Source: Phoronis australis (lineage: Eukaryota; Animalia; Phoronida). From it: DNA of 64,000 nt. This document shows, piece by piece, positions 39,601 through 48,732 of the stretch. The stretch's first letter is position 1, and each line of letters starts with the position of its first letter. The stretch covers positions 1 through 64,000 of the forward strand of contig NMRA01000828.1 in NCBI GenBank assembly GCA_002633005.1, read 5' to 3'. The notes beneath the pieces were generated by a model. It ran no database searches. It saw only the letters and a program-made list of their open reading frames with translations, and was not told the DNA's origin. The translations under genes were made by a program, and so were the position numbers.

Positions 39601-42600
39601 AAATCTTAGAGACACTACTTATAAAACTTAATGAGGATTTCAGGTAATTTGCTTGAGTCGAAAACATTTTTATTCAAGCATTGAAGTCGCCATATCGAAG
39701 ACGGCGATTTCGAGGCAGTCAGTCGGCGAGTTTTCGCCTTCGGATTTCAGCACAATTTTCTGTAAAATGATTGTAATTTAGCAGCAAAGTTTGATAGCAA
39801 TGCACCACAGTTTTGTTGAAAGTTTTTTATAGATTACATATACGTCACAGAGCGTAAATTTGATGAATCTTAGCTTCCGATTTCACCCGTTTCAGAGACC
39901 GGGTTTCAACCGCCTTGGGTTATAATAAGCGCCCCTCTGAACCGAACTTTTCTAAGCACCCTGGGCGGTTATTACGGCGAATACGGTATTTTTATTTTGC
40001 CTCTTTCATTGTGAATAAATTTTCAAAAATCTCCTATGGTGTTTATTAACCATGATTTAATTTTCTGCACCTGGTGACATTATTTGTATAATATGCTTGA
40101 ACGAAATATTTCTTTTTAATGAAGAATGATGTTGTGTAATGCTTGTATTTCCAGTATATCAAATGGCTCCTCGAAACTGGCGGCCAGACAGTAGTCTGGG
40201 TAGTAATGTTGATGACTCAGCAGTCTACATGTTCTATCAGGACTTCAACATTAGAGACTTCCTCTCTGACCCCCCTGTCGAGGACAGCTTAGATGGCGAG
40301 TCCACAATCTCATTTTCACTTAATGCAGAGCCACCTACACTCAGCGGGAGAACATCTCTTGAAAGTTACAGAGAAACTTCTAGGTAATAAAAATATTGAA
40401 ATTCGACTTGATTTGTTACATTTCCAACAAAAAACTAGCAAGACAAATGCCAAGATATACTCACAAAATGTCACGTGGTTTTGGAAAGTATAGTACAACT
40501 GCATAAAAATCACATGACCACAGCCTGCATGGATAATAATGTCGGGAATGAAAATTTTTTTGAGATAATACGTTGTGATTACCGCAGGTGTTAATATGTT
40601 TTGTTTCACTAACAATTACTAACACTGCAAATGACTAAATTAATCAAAATTTGATCTTGTTCCTGAATACCAGCTGTTTTTGCTTGAAGGATATGGTCAC
40701 ATTACTCAATCAACTGCAGACGGATATCAAGTCAAAAATCAAATTTTGCAGGTTTTCTGTTTTCTGAAAATCAAATTTTTTGCAAGTTAGTTGCTTTTAA
40801 TTGTATATGTCTTGACTGGTTGCACAGACATGTAGAGAAGATCCTACATATTACAACCTTTCCCACTGTTACGTTTGGAGGAGTTCCAAAACAAAAAATA
40901 AGTCATGGTAAATATTCATGAAAAAAATGTTTCTATTGTGAAGGATTCTGTTTGAGAGGCCCTTCCAAAGTTTTGACAGTTACCTTTTTGGATAGTAAGA
41001 GCAAGGTACCTTGAGGTGAAAGTCTTGAGAAAAATATTTGATTGAACCTGCTACTCAGAATATTTGCTCAAATACCATCATGACAATTCCTCCATATTTT
41101 CACATTACTGTCTGTGCTCTTTGGGGTTTTAGAAACCGCCACGTGACTGACCAATCCGGTGCTAACATACCTAGTCCTGTGCAAGAGGGTCGACACTCAA
41201 GAGCCATTGGTGAGCTGTGATTGAGTCATGTGCAGATTTCAGAGGCGGAGTTACACAAGTTTCATGCTTTTGATATTATTTTTTGTTCATCCGTCAAATG
41301 CCAGGCGATATTATGCTACGCGTTATTCTTACTTTTTGAGTTGCAATGCAAACATGAGGAATTTGGCAAAATTAGAAAGTAATCTAAAGTATCCATCATA
41401 CCGACATGTTCACTGTTATGTTGGTGAAATGTTTTGCCGACATCGGACCTAATTAAAACTGGAGGTTCTCTGAAGTGAAAATTTCAATTACAACAACACA
41501 ATGGAACACCAGTTGATTTTCCAACACCAATTAAAAGTCGTGGTCATACAATTTAGAACTTGCCCATTGTGGTGATTTTTTACTCTGACGGCACACAATT
41601 CGATAACTTCATTCTCTAAAATCTCTTTATTTTCAAACCTCCATTACATGGCAAAAGTAACCAGGGGTCAATCTCTCAAGTCAGAAATCTGATTATGAAT
41701 TGTCAAAAGTTGATTTTTTGTCTTTTACATTTCTCAAAAGATTGTCTTCTGTCTGTTTCAGCGGACTATGATTTTCTGTCTTTTGACAATGAGTGTAGAC
41801 AGATTTTCTGACTTTCAGCCTTAGCAAAACAGGCTAAGCCATTCATCGACTGATTTTTAGCTAAAAGTCAAAAGATAATAGCCAATAATAGAATCATTGA
41901 GAAGCAACTTCCAGACAAAATACCATTTCCCATCACTTGCTATTCCTTTGGTGAATTCTGATTACACTCAGCCACCATGACTGGAAATTCCAGACCATTT
42001 TGTCCAATTGTCTTTGGTGTGTACTGTAGAAAAAGTTCAGCTTTTACAGTTTAATACTCTTTGCTAAAAATCCGGTATAGAAAAAAATTTGGAGTTGACG
42101 TTCCTTGTGGTCACTGGCATCCTACAGCCTCATAGTTTAATGTAATTGGAGTATTACTGGTGGAGTGGTACCTGTTCTTTGGTACAATGATCCAATGTCA
42201 GCAACTTTCCATCTAATCATGAGTGCACTGCTACAGTAACTGCTGTTATCAAATTGTGTGTCTTTATTTTGTGCCCAGTGTATTTTGGGATGTAGCGATT
42301 GGTTCACTGGTCTTTGGTGCGTCTTTTTATATGACTCGTGTATGTGTGTGAGAAATGTGTTGGATATGACATCATAAATGTCTGCTATTTCCAGTTGTTG
42401 ACGGTGACGACATGAGTACGTTTGATTTCAAAGATAGTTTGGATGGTCAGAATTTAGATGATGCCCAGACATTGGACCAGCTCGAGTGGGAGCTCGCTTC
42501 AGAGTCAGGCCGAATTACAGGTTGGGCTATAACACAGCTCAGTCACTTGGTTCTTAAGTCGTAATGATGCGGGCCTTGTGCCATTAATTTAACTTAGGAA

Positions 42601-44228
42601 CATTTAAAAATGCATTTTCCGATATCTTTTTCATAATTTTGCTTTCTTCTTGTTTGTTTTTAAAACAATAGCATTGCTCCTCCTGAAAGTTTGGTGGACT
42701 TACTTCCAACTTTGCAGTAAATTCAAAATGGCAAAATGTTTTATTCAAGGTTCATGGTTGAATGTTGACGTTGTTGTTATTTCCAATCTCATTCTGACCA
42801 TATTAAGTACAAAACCTGCTGATTCCATAACATTTTCATTCCCATATTTGTCTTAATTGTTATTTATAGACAGTGAGAACTGATGTGTGTTAGTTGTTGA
42901 ACATGTACTATGAAAAATAATTGCACAAACTGGGAATTCAACACTCTTGAATCAATATTTTTTTAACAAATGCAGTCATGAGGGGCGTGAAACGGCCTTT
43001 TTTTGTTGGGCGGAACATAAAACTGGCATTTTTCATATTCGTGGACCATGATTATGAAGGCTACTGTGAAAGTGATTTGTTATTACGTTTTGGCCATAAT
43101 TGTGAATTGTAAAATTAGTCTGAATTTGTGAACATGAAGGAAAATTTGGATCCGAGGTGACAAGGGGAGAATTAGTGTTGCCCTAGTGGGAGAATTGGTT
43201 GAAAACTGAGCGAGTGTGTTGGTGTGCAAGAGGGATAGCATAAATCTGCCGTGATCCATCAATTTATAAAATGGAGTCATGAATTGGGAAATTAGTATGA
43301 CCTCCTTTCACTACCGCCATGTGTTATTCCAACAATGTTCTGTACTTTTTCAGCTGATGGTAAAATATCTCGTGTGATCAACCTGAGTCCCACTGGTGAA
43401 GAGAATGACCTTGACATTGGCGAAGACAATGGCCACTGCAGCGGTCTCAGTTCAGAGGGAGGCTATGACATCAGTGATGCATTGAGGTGAACTCTGGCTT
43501 AGCTGTATTCATTTTATACGGATGCAATACGCAAGTGACTCGTGGATGTTTCGGTCACTCATGATTAGTGTATATAACATTACAAACATCTGCTTATTTT
43601 CGACTGCAGACATAGAGCGGGTTTCAAATGCAGATTTCAGTCTGGCCTGTTTGTAAAGTGTACCCAGCTATCTCTTTTCCAACTCCACGCACATTGATGA
43701 ACAGGCTCCCATTTTTTACTAGGTGTCAAAACGTTACTACCGGGTAATTGTTGAAGTGATAGCTGACATAACAATTGCTCTACTTCACCTAAAAGCCTTG
43801 GTCAGGATTAATGATGTCATGGGTTGGTGCTAACAGTTCTTGTACTAATCTATTGATGAAGTGTACGGTACTATGGAACAGGCCGCCGTGTTTCTAATTT
43901 TATGGGAGCACAGCATCCAATACACCATTCACCTGCCTGTTAGTTAGTTGCAGCATTATGGGTTATGCATGAAGCAAACGTAATCCACTTGTATGGATTC
44001 CTCAAATCATGCTTAGTGCAAAATTTGTAGAATTGATCATTGACCCACTTAAGATGGGCTGTGGAATTGGGAAATCTTGTGTGAATCACTGGTTTTACTT
44101 TGTGTTGTTCAGAATTATTCATCACTCTAACTTCTTGTGTTTTCTTCAGTTACAGGAATGACGAATTAATGGATGATTTTGAAGACAATGACGAAAACGT
44201 TGAAAATGAAGTCAAAGCACTCTTTTAG
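9590..44228 (+). CDS. ZBBX: Zinc finger B-box domain-containing protein 1 (ZBBX orthologue); spliced gene span, 18 coding exons, about 875 aa using one copy of each duplicated exon
   Basis: Exons join with consistent phases at GT-AG sites. The translation carries ZBBX hallmarks as I recall them: coiled coil [30 protein letters not shown]-box [60 protein letters not shown] and [13 protein letters not shown]. Confidence 0.93.
10200..10443. repeat. 24-bp minisatellite (AGCTTAGGGAACCACTGTACAACC), about 10 copies
   Basis: Read directly; N at 10334 lies inside the array. Confidence 0.95.
11396..12812 (+). mobile_element. Helentron-associated (HINE/DINE-1-like) non-autonomous element with internal repeats of about 300 bp
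   Basis: T-run followed by TGCACCCACATA subterminal motif, GTCC remnant, internal repeats (11576 vs 11871) and a 3' GTGGTGCAT...GTTGCTTTTGTT end. Homologous to 25978-26470 and to 50320-51873 (-). Confidence 0.65.
17020..17133 (+). CDS. ZBBX: ZBBX exon 2 ([37 protein letters not shown])
   Basis: ttccAG acceptor, GTGAGT donor, phase 2-2; ZBBX N-terminal coiled coil. Confidence 0.9.
18211..18573. mobile_element. Small MITE
   Basis: Inverted termini TAGGCCGTGGGC / GCCCATGGCCTA. Confidence 0.55.
21351..21496 (+). CDS. ZBBX: ZBBX exon 3 ([13 protein letters not shown]...[10 protein letters not shown])
   Basis: ttttcAG / GTAAAG, phase 2-1; WKSG motif. Confidence 0.9.
21994..22103. mobile_element. 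Short CATGGGCGGC-terminus MITE; related copy at 58884-59040
   Basis: Both loci have CATGGGC...CCCATG ends and share CACTGAAA(T/A)AAGTGGGGGCT..AGCCCC. Confidence 0.5.
22200..22327 (+). CDS. ZBBX: ZBBX exon 4 (start of the B-box, [15 protein letters not shown])
   Basis: caacAG / GTAGGT, phase 1-0. Confidence 0.9.
24121..24216 (+). CDS. ZBBX: ZBBX exon 5 copy A (B-box core [32 protein letters not shown])
   Basis: tttttcAG / GTTTGT, 96 nt, phase 0-0. Confidence 0.9.
25050..25111 (+). CDS. ZBBX: ZBBX exon 6 copy A
   Basis: ttccAG / GTAAAT, phase 0-2, [20 protein letters not shown]. Confidence 0.8.
25244..25710. repeat. 31-bp minisatellite (AAATAGTAGTCACATGTTGAAAGATTATTAT), about 15 copies; counterpart array at 28141-28600
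   Basis: Read directly. Confidence 0.95.
25752..25827 (+). CDS. ZBBX: ZBBX exon 7 copy A
   Basis: ttcttcAG / GTTTGT, phase 2-0, [25 protein letters not shown]. Confidence 0.8.
25978..26470 (+). mobile_element. 5' part of a young HINE/DINE-1-like element, cut by the contig join
   Basis: Hairpin GCGCCCACATA/TATGTGGACGC followed by a (GTCC)n microsatellite; absent from the equivalent site at 28861-28875. Confidence 0.75.
26999..27094 (+). CDS. ZBBX: ZBBX exon 5 copy B (probable second haplotype)
   Basis: Same as 24121-24216 apart from a synonymous CAT/CAC change. Confidence 0.8.
27947..28008 (+). CDS. ZBBX: ZBBX exon 6 copy B
   Basis: Copy of 25050-25111 with AGT>AAT (Ser>Asn). Confidence 0.75.
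28643..28718 (+). CDS. ZBBX: ZBBX exon 7 copy B
   Basis: Copy of 25752-25827. Confidence 0.75.
29462..29693 (+). CDS. ZBBX: ZBBX exon 8 ([23 protein letters not shown])
   Basis: tttcAG / GTAAGT, phase 0-1; conserved ZBBX motif. Confidence 0.92.
29667..30135 (+). repeat. Degenerate tandem repeat of about 75 bp that overlaps the exon 8 donor
   Basis: GCAGTAACACCTGTGAAAT..CTAGTAAGTCTC.C.GTGGAGTC recurs about 6-7 times. Confidence 0.85.
30220..30540. repeat. Degenerating minisatellite of about 30-34 bp (TTGTTGTATGGGGGAGACTTGTTGAAGTTAATTA)
   Basis: Read directly. Confidence 0.9.
31010..31297 (+). CDS. ZBBX: ZBBX exon 9 ([21 protein letters not shown])
   Basis: tttccAG / GTTTGT, phase 1-1; conserved ZBBX motif. 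Confidence 0.9.
31492..31607 (+). CDS. ZBBX: ZBBX exon 10
   Basis: ttccAG / GTAAGT, phase 1-0, open frame [17 protein letters not shown]... Confidence 0.82.
32424..32942. repeat. Two short arrays flanking the candidate microexon: 26-bp x4 (32424-32530) and 25-bp x4 (32844-32942)
   Basis: Units GTTTTCACACCGCAGAGTGTGAGGGT and ATTGACCTTTCAACACATTGTATGA. Confidence 0.85.
32590..32604 (+). CDS. ZBBX: Candidate 15-nt ZBBX microexon (GSPDS)
   Basis: CTAAC branch-point-like motif, ttacAG acceptor, GTGAGT donor; frame-preserving, and phase 0-0 fits the flanking exons. Confidence 0.45.
34610..34692 (+). CDS. ZBBX: ZBBX exon 11
   Basis: ttacAG / GTGAGT, phase 0-2. Confidence 0.78.
35392..35757 (+). 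CDS. ZBBX: ZBBX exon 12 copy A (RPxS-rich low-complexity segment)
   Basis: ttttcAG / GTAATA, 366 nt, phase 2-2. Confidence 0.82.
35779..36066. mobile_element. Right end of the same hAT-like element, present in only one copy of the duplicated intron
   Basis: Ends GTCGAGCCCTG directly before ATAACCCATC. The other copy (34821-34840) reads ...CTTGTT|ATAACCCATC with no insertion. Confidence 0.75.
36653..37018 (+). CDS. ZBBX: ZBBX exon 12 copy B (probable second haplotype)
   Basis: Same translation as 35392-35757. Confidence 0.8.
37234..37540. repeat. 38-bp minisatellite (CCTTACTTGCCAATACCACCTCTGGTCGCGCAGTAGAC), about 8 copies
   Basis: Read directly; no spacers between units. Confidence 0.95.
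37990..38207 (+). CDS. ZBBX: ZBBX exon 13 (LSEIAR...[13 protein letters not shown])
   Basis: ttacAG / GTAAGT, phase 2-1. Confidence 0.85.
38573..39988. mobile_element. Tc1/mariner-type non-autonomous element (TACCGTA-type end)
   Basis: ATTCGCCGTAATATCCGCCC at the left is inverted to GGGCGGTTATTACGGCGAATACGGTA at the right; subterminal TAAGCGCCC repeats; left tip eroded. Confidence 0.65.
40155..40383 (+). CDS. ZBBX: ZBBX exon 14 ([14 protein letters not shown])
   Basis: tttccAG / GTAATA, phase 1-2. Confidence 0.85.
41133..41209 (+). CDS. ZBBX: ZBBX exon 15
   Basis: ttttAG / GTGAGC, phase 2-1; supplies the phase change needed between exons 14 and 16. Confidence 0.75.
42395..42520 (+). CDS. 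ZBBX: ZBBX exon 16 ([21 protein letters not shown])
   Basis: tttccAG / GTTGGG, phase 1-1. Confidence 0.85.
43354..43486 (+). CDS. ZBBX: ZBBX exon 17
   Basis: tttttcAG / GTGAAC, phase 1-2, [10 protein letters not shown]... Confidence 0.82.
44150..44228 (+). CDS. ZBBX: ZBBX last coding exon (…[18 protein letters not shown])
   Basis: ttcttcAG acceptor (a second in-frame acceptor lies 6 nt downstream); TAG at 44226-44228. Confidence 0.8.
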
Positions 44229-45178
44229 TTGGTGGTTGCCCTCTGAAGACCATTTGAGTAAATTTGAACATTAACAAAAACTCTGGGGCCCGTCTCATCA
44301 TGGTTGTATACTGCCAGTCGTCATCAAATTTTTCAAAATGTTTTTCTTCATACATGGTTTGTGGGGATGGTGTTGTAAGTGTCAACACAAAATATGGCTG
44401 AAGTTACATCAGCTGCGTTAAAGCTTTGTTCTGACTCATGCTTTTACAGTCACGTGTCTACAATACTTGACAAAATGCCCATCAGGCAGCAGTGAGACAC
44501 CGCGCAGGCGTTTGAAGGACTCCAAGGGCTGACCAGGTGCGCAGTGATGCAGATGACTCATAAACCTCAGCTGTATTCTGGACATTCGGTTATCAACCTT
44601 TCAACAAAATATTTATAAACTCAATGTACTGTTGTAGCTAAGACCGGGAAAGCAACTTTTGACAAGACGGGCACCTGGAATGAAAGTGCAGTTAATGCGC
44701 TTATTGAATGGTGATTAGAAACAATGAACTTCAGTAGAATATTAGTCTAGACAATTGTAGCATGCTTCAGGTGTACTTGCAGCTGAATTTTGCCCTGTTT
44801 AGTGGGATAAAAGCAAAATTTTGTAATATTCATTTTCATGAAAAGGTTCTATTTTCATTATGAACAAGACCACTCAAAAAATTGCAAACTTTTTAAAACA
44901 TGTACGCATTACATCTGATACGAGTTGGTGGATCATTCACCAACAATTCAAGATGGGATGGGCATGATAATGTTGTTTGATCTCACAGCTTCTTGGTTAA
45001 TTATTCGATATTGACAGCTTAATAATGGAGCAATGCTCCTTTAATATATTGCAATGTTTAACTTTGAAATTCAATGTTGTTGGTTTTTTGATAATGTACT
45101 GGAGGTCTGTGTAGTATTTCCCTTTGTATTTACACACTGGATAGTGATGAATGTCTTGAGATTAGAGAACTTGTTTTA

Positions 45179-45923
45179 TCAGGCAAATTTCACGAGACAC
45201 AATCTAGTACTTACAATGAGTTGAATGTTTTCGACTGTCAATGGTTATGGTCATCTTCAGAGTGATAGTAGGCTTAGGGTCTCGTGATGAAATTGTGGCC
45301 TTGGGCCACGTAATACATCATGAATGTCAGAAGGAGAGTACTGACTTACGTCACAGTTGATGTCGACCATCGTATATCCCAGCATGTTTTCATTCTGCTA
45401 TCATGGGCAAGAATTTCAGCATTATTGCAGTCTAATAGTGGTTAGTGACTACCATCTTGTTGATGGAACTCTGGGATAATTGCTGCTGTGAAGTGAGTTG
45501 TTGCCTGCTTGTCTGCATCTTGTCTGACTGTTTGTTCTGATGAGTACTGAGCCAGTGTGTGGCTTCACCTGGTCACAGCTGCTGCATGGAAACCATAGAC
45601 GACCCCAGTATGGTCTAGAGGGCTATGCTTATCCTTAGCGTGGACCAACGACTTATGCAGAGTACATAAGGGCTGGAAGGCCACTTCAATGCATTCCAGG
45701 AAAATGCACGTGCAGTGTTCTCAAGTTCTTTGGGCATAAGAGATGACAACTGGTCCATTCTTGTTCCTTCGGTCACAGACTGGTACTTGGATGTCTACTC
45801 ACCTTGTTGAACTTCCAACGGGAGTAGCCACAGCACGTCATAGCTTGATCAATATATTCACACTTTAAACGTTCAATTAATTGTAAGAACTCGACTTTGT
45901 CTCTGGCATGAAATTCGCCTGAT
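45179..45923. mobile_element. TIR-bounded element downstream of the ZBBX stop codon
   Basis: ATCAGGCAAATTTCAC...CTTACAA at the left is imperfectly inverted to TTGTAAG...TGAAATTCGCCTGAT at the right. Confidence 0.5.
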
Positions 45924-46125
45924 GCTTGACACGCCAATCGGATGAAATTATTTAGTGATAACTTATTTTATTGCACCAGTTTGTCTGAACAATTTTGGCT
46001 AACCCTGCTTAAACTGTAATTTCTCCGGTCTTTTGTGAGTTTGAGAAACTTTAAACATATCAATGATATCGTGGATGTTAGCTTGGTATGAATTCACTAA
46101 CAAAACTGTGTAATAGGAAATGGTT

Positions 46126-46200
46126 GTCAGTGTGGCCTAGTTGATAAGTGCCCACTTTCTTTACTCGAGGTCGTGGGTTTGAGTCCCACCAGGTCACACT
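46126..46200 (+). mobile_element. tRNA-derived SINE head (degenerate)
   Basis: A-box-like TGGCCTAGTTG and B-box-like GGTTTGAGTCC at tRNA-like spacing; no intact cloverleaf. Confidence 0.45.
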
Positions 46201-47832
46201 GCTAAACTCTTGAGCCAGGTTTCTAGCTCCTCAGCTCGGTTTTAACGATATATCAATAAAGCATAAAATCATTTCCAGGTGATCAGTGTAATGGGCCCAC
46301 ATGCGAGGCCTGCGCACGTCTGGTACAACGTGTGTCAGACCGCCTGCAATTATTTTTTTAAATGGTTGTCCAGGAGCACTGAGAATCAATCTTTTTTCTT
46401 ACTCTATAGGTCTTTGATTGAATCAAATACAAATAAATTTCTTGAGCTCACTAGACTAAAACATAATCTAAAACACAATGGGTGCAGAAATTTCAGATGT
46501 TTTTCTGTTGCCAGGTTTCTTATAATTCTTGTCCATTCTCACTCAACAAATCCGATATCAAATAACAAGTTTTTGAAATGCACGTTTTGGTGTTTGGAAT
46601 ATCATTTTAATTTGAAAGTGTTGCTTCTGTACACGAAACTATTCGTTGCAGTAAAACTTGCATAATTCAGATGTTCAAGCATTCGCTTCACTTGGACTAA
46701 GTTCCCTCAGTCCAGTTGGATCTGCATTACGTGAACTTAACATTAAGCAGATTCGATGAGCAGTCTCGGTGTTAAAAGCAATTTATTTTACTTGTAGGTT
46801 TCTTCAATAACTTGTAGCACATTTTAAATTATTTTGGTAAAATGTTTTCTTTTGAACTAATTTGGTTCACATTTCACTCTGGTATGTCTCAACTGCCTTC
46901 GTTGACATTTGCACACGACATACTGTTTGCAATTGTCAAGCAATACTCACTAACTCATAATCAACAAGGTGGCACTTCAAAATCGTGCTTTATTTGAATT
47001 ATAAAAATTACAGGTTTTTTGCCTCATTGTCAAATTTTCAAGGATGCATCAAACAAGAGTTGTGTGATGGTGGTTTAGTTGCACCAGGGCGAGATGTTGA
47101 AACATGGTTGTGATTGGCAATATTTAGTAATGTTGGATAAAAATTCTAGGTATAAAATGCTTTTTGGCAAGTTTTCACATTCCGTCCAAATTACCTTGTA
47201 TGGCATTGCATTTATTTTTATTTAAGTTGTCGGTGTGTTTAATATTTGTGTGTGCATTTATGAAGATATTGTTTGATTGTATGAATAAATGTAGTTTAAT
47301 TAAGTTAGTGTGTGTTACAGACAACCACACATTCATTGAAAATACATATGTTTTGTTGTATTTTTATGAAACATCTCAAAAATACAAAAGTACAATCAGT
47401 GTTAATAACTTGGCATGAAAACGGCCGACAACAAATTTGTATGTAATCTCAAAAGTCTACTTCCCGGTTGCTTGTTGCAGCAAAGATGTCCTTAAAATGT
47501 CATTGAAAAATTCTTGTTTGTGATAATTAAATATTTTTCATGTGATCTGCCCTTGCAGTTTTCAACCATTATTAAAAAATAATAAAATGTTACTTTGACC
47601 TTTCAATGAATAGAAGGAAGTGTGCTGAGGCATTTGCTTTCATCAATCAATACCGTCAGATGGACTAAAGCTCCAACCAACACGTGGTGATAAGAAATGA
47701 TACACCACAACTCTGCTCTGGCATGCACACACACACAGATTTGCTACCCTCTAAAACAGATAATTAAATGTATCTGATCAGTGATGTTTTTTATCATAGC
47801 CAAAATAAAACTCAACCCCACATTCTATTTGA

Positions 47833-48625
47833 GGGCTGTTCCAGTAAAATCCGTGTGGGAGGGGGGGACGGCAGTAGAAATAAAAATTCATGGGTGGTCT
47901 TCAGAAAACAAATCAAATTATGGGTGGTCGTTCCTTTAAGAAGTGATGCATTAAAAATGGGTGGTGTTCTTTTAACCTGTAAATGTTGACAGGTTGGTTA
48001 CTTCAGCCGTCAAAACTAAAAAAAAATGCAATTGGCATATATCCTAACTTATCCCAATACAAAAAACCCATATTGCCAGTGATCAGAGTGTACTATGTTC
48101 ACTAAACCATTAATCAAGTCATGGGCAACTTGATTTGAGCCAACTGTTTGTCTGCAGTCCTATTGAATTGAAAAGTTATGCAACACATATAAGAAAATTG
48201 AGGATTTTTAAATAAAAAGTATGAGGAGTAAGATAAACAAGTTCCAATATTCACTTGACATAGAAGTATAAAAGAGTTTGTGGAGACAGTTTGAGATTCA
48301 TAGATTCTTATAAATGAAAAAATGTTCATTGAAATTATAGACACATGGTGGCTGCCAAAAGTATTGCTCACAGGCTACTTTTATAAATTAGTTTTTGACA
48401 ATATTGGACAAGACAACTAGTTCTTGTCTGTCAATCATCTAAGTTTTTAACAGGTCCTCCTGGAGGCATTTTGTTTGCAAGTGTTGGATTTTATATTTTA
48501 ACCTATTAAAAATAATTTAAAAAGTTATGGGTCATGGATTGGAGAAATAAATGAAAAATATGGGCGGTGGGTACAAAATAAAAGTGCCTTCCCCCCCTCC
48601 CATACAGATTTTGCTGGAACAGCCC
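47833..48625. mobile_element. PIF/Harbinger-type MITE
   Basis: Imperfect TIR of about 40 bp (GGGCTGTTCCAGTAAAATCCGTGTGGGAGGGGGG / CCCCCCTCCCATACAGATTTTGCTGGAACAGCCC); 3-bp TGA target duplication. Confidence 0.8.
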
Positions 48626-48732
48626 TGACCATTTACAAAACACATTTTGTTTGATACAGAGAGCAGACAGTGTAAAAAGTCACTTCAAAACACAATAAGG
48701 TATCAGATTGCACTAATTCCAGATTGGAACTT

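Noticed and set aside
45222-45268. Minus-strand CTGAAGA...GAAA resembling a Penelope-type hammerhead ribozyme
   Set aside because: Stem II is only 3 bp, and I could not pair stems I and III convincingly.
46126-46200. Functional tRNA gene
   Set aside because: The anticodon arm and acceptor stem do not form; a SINE head fits better.
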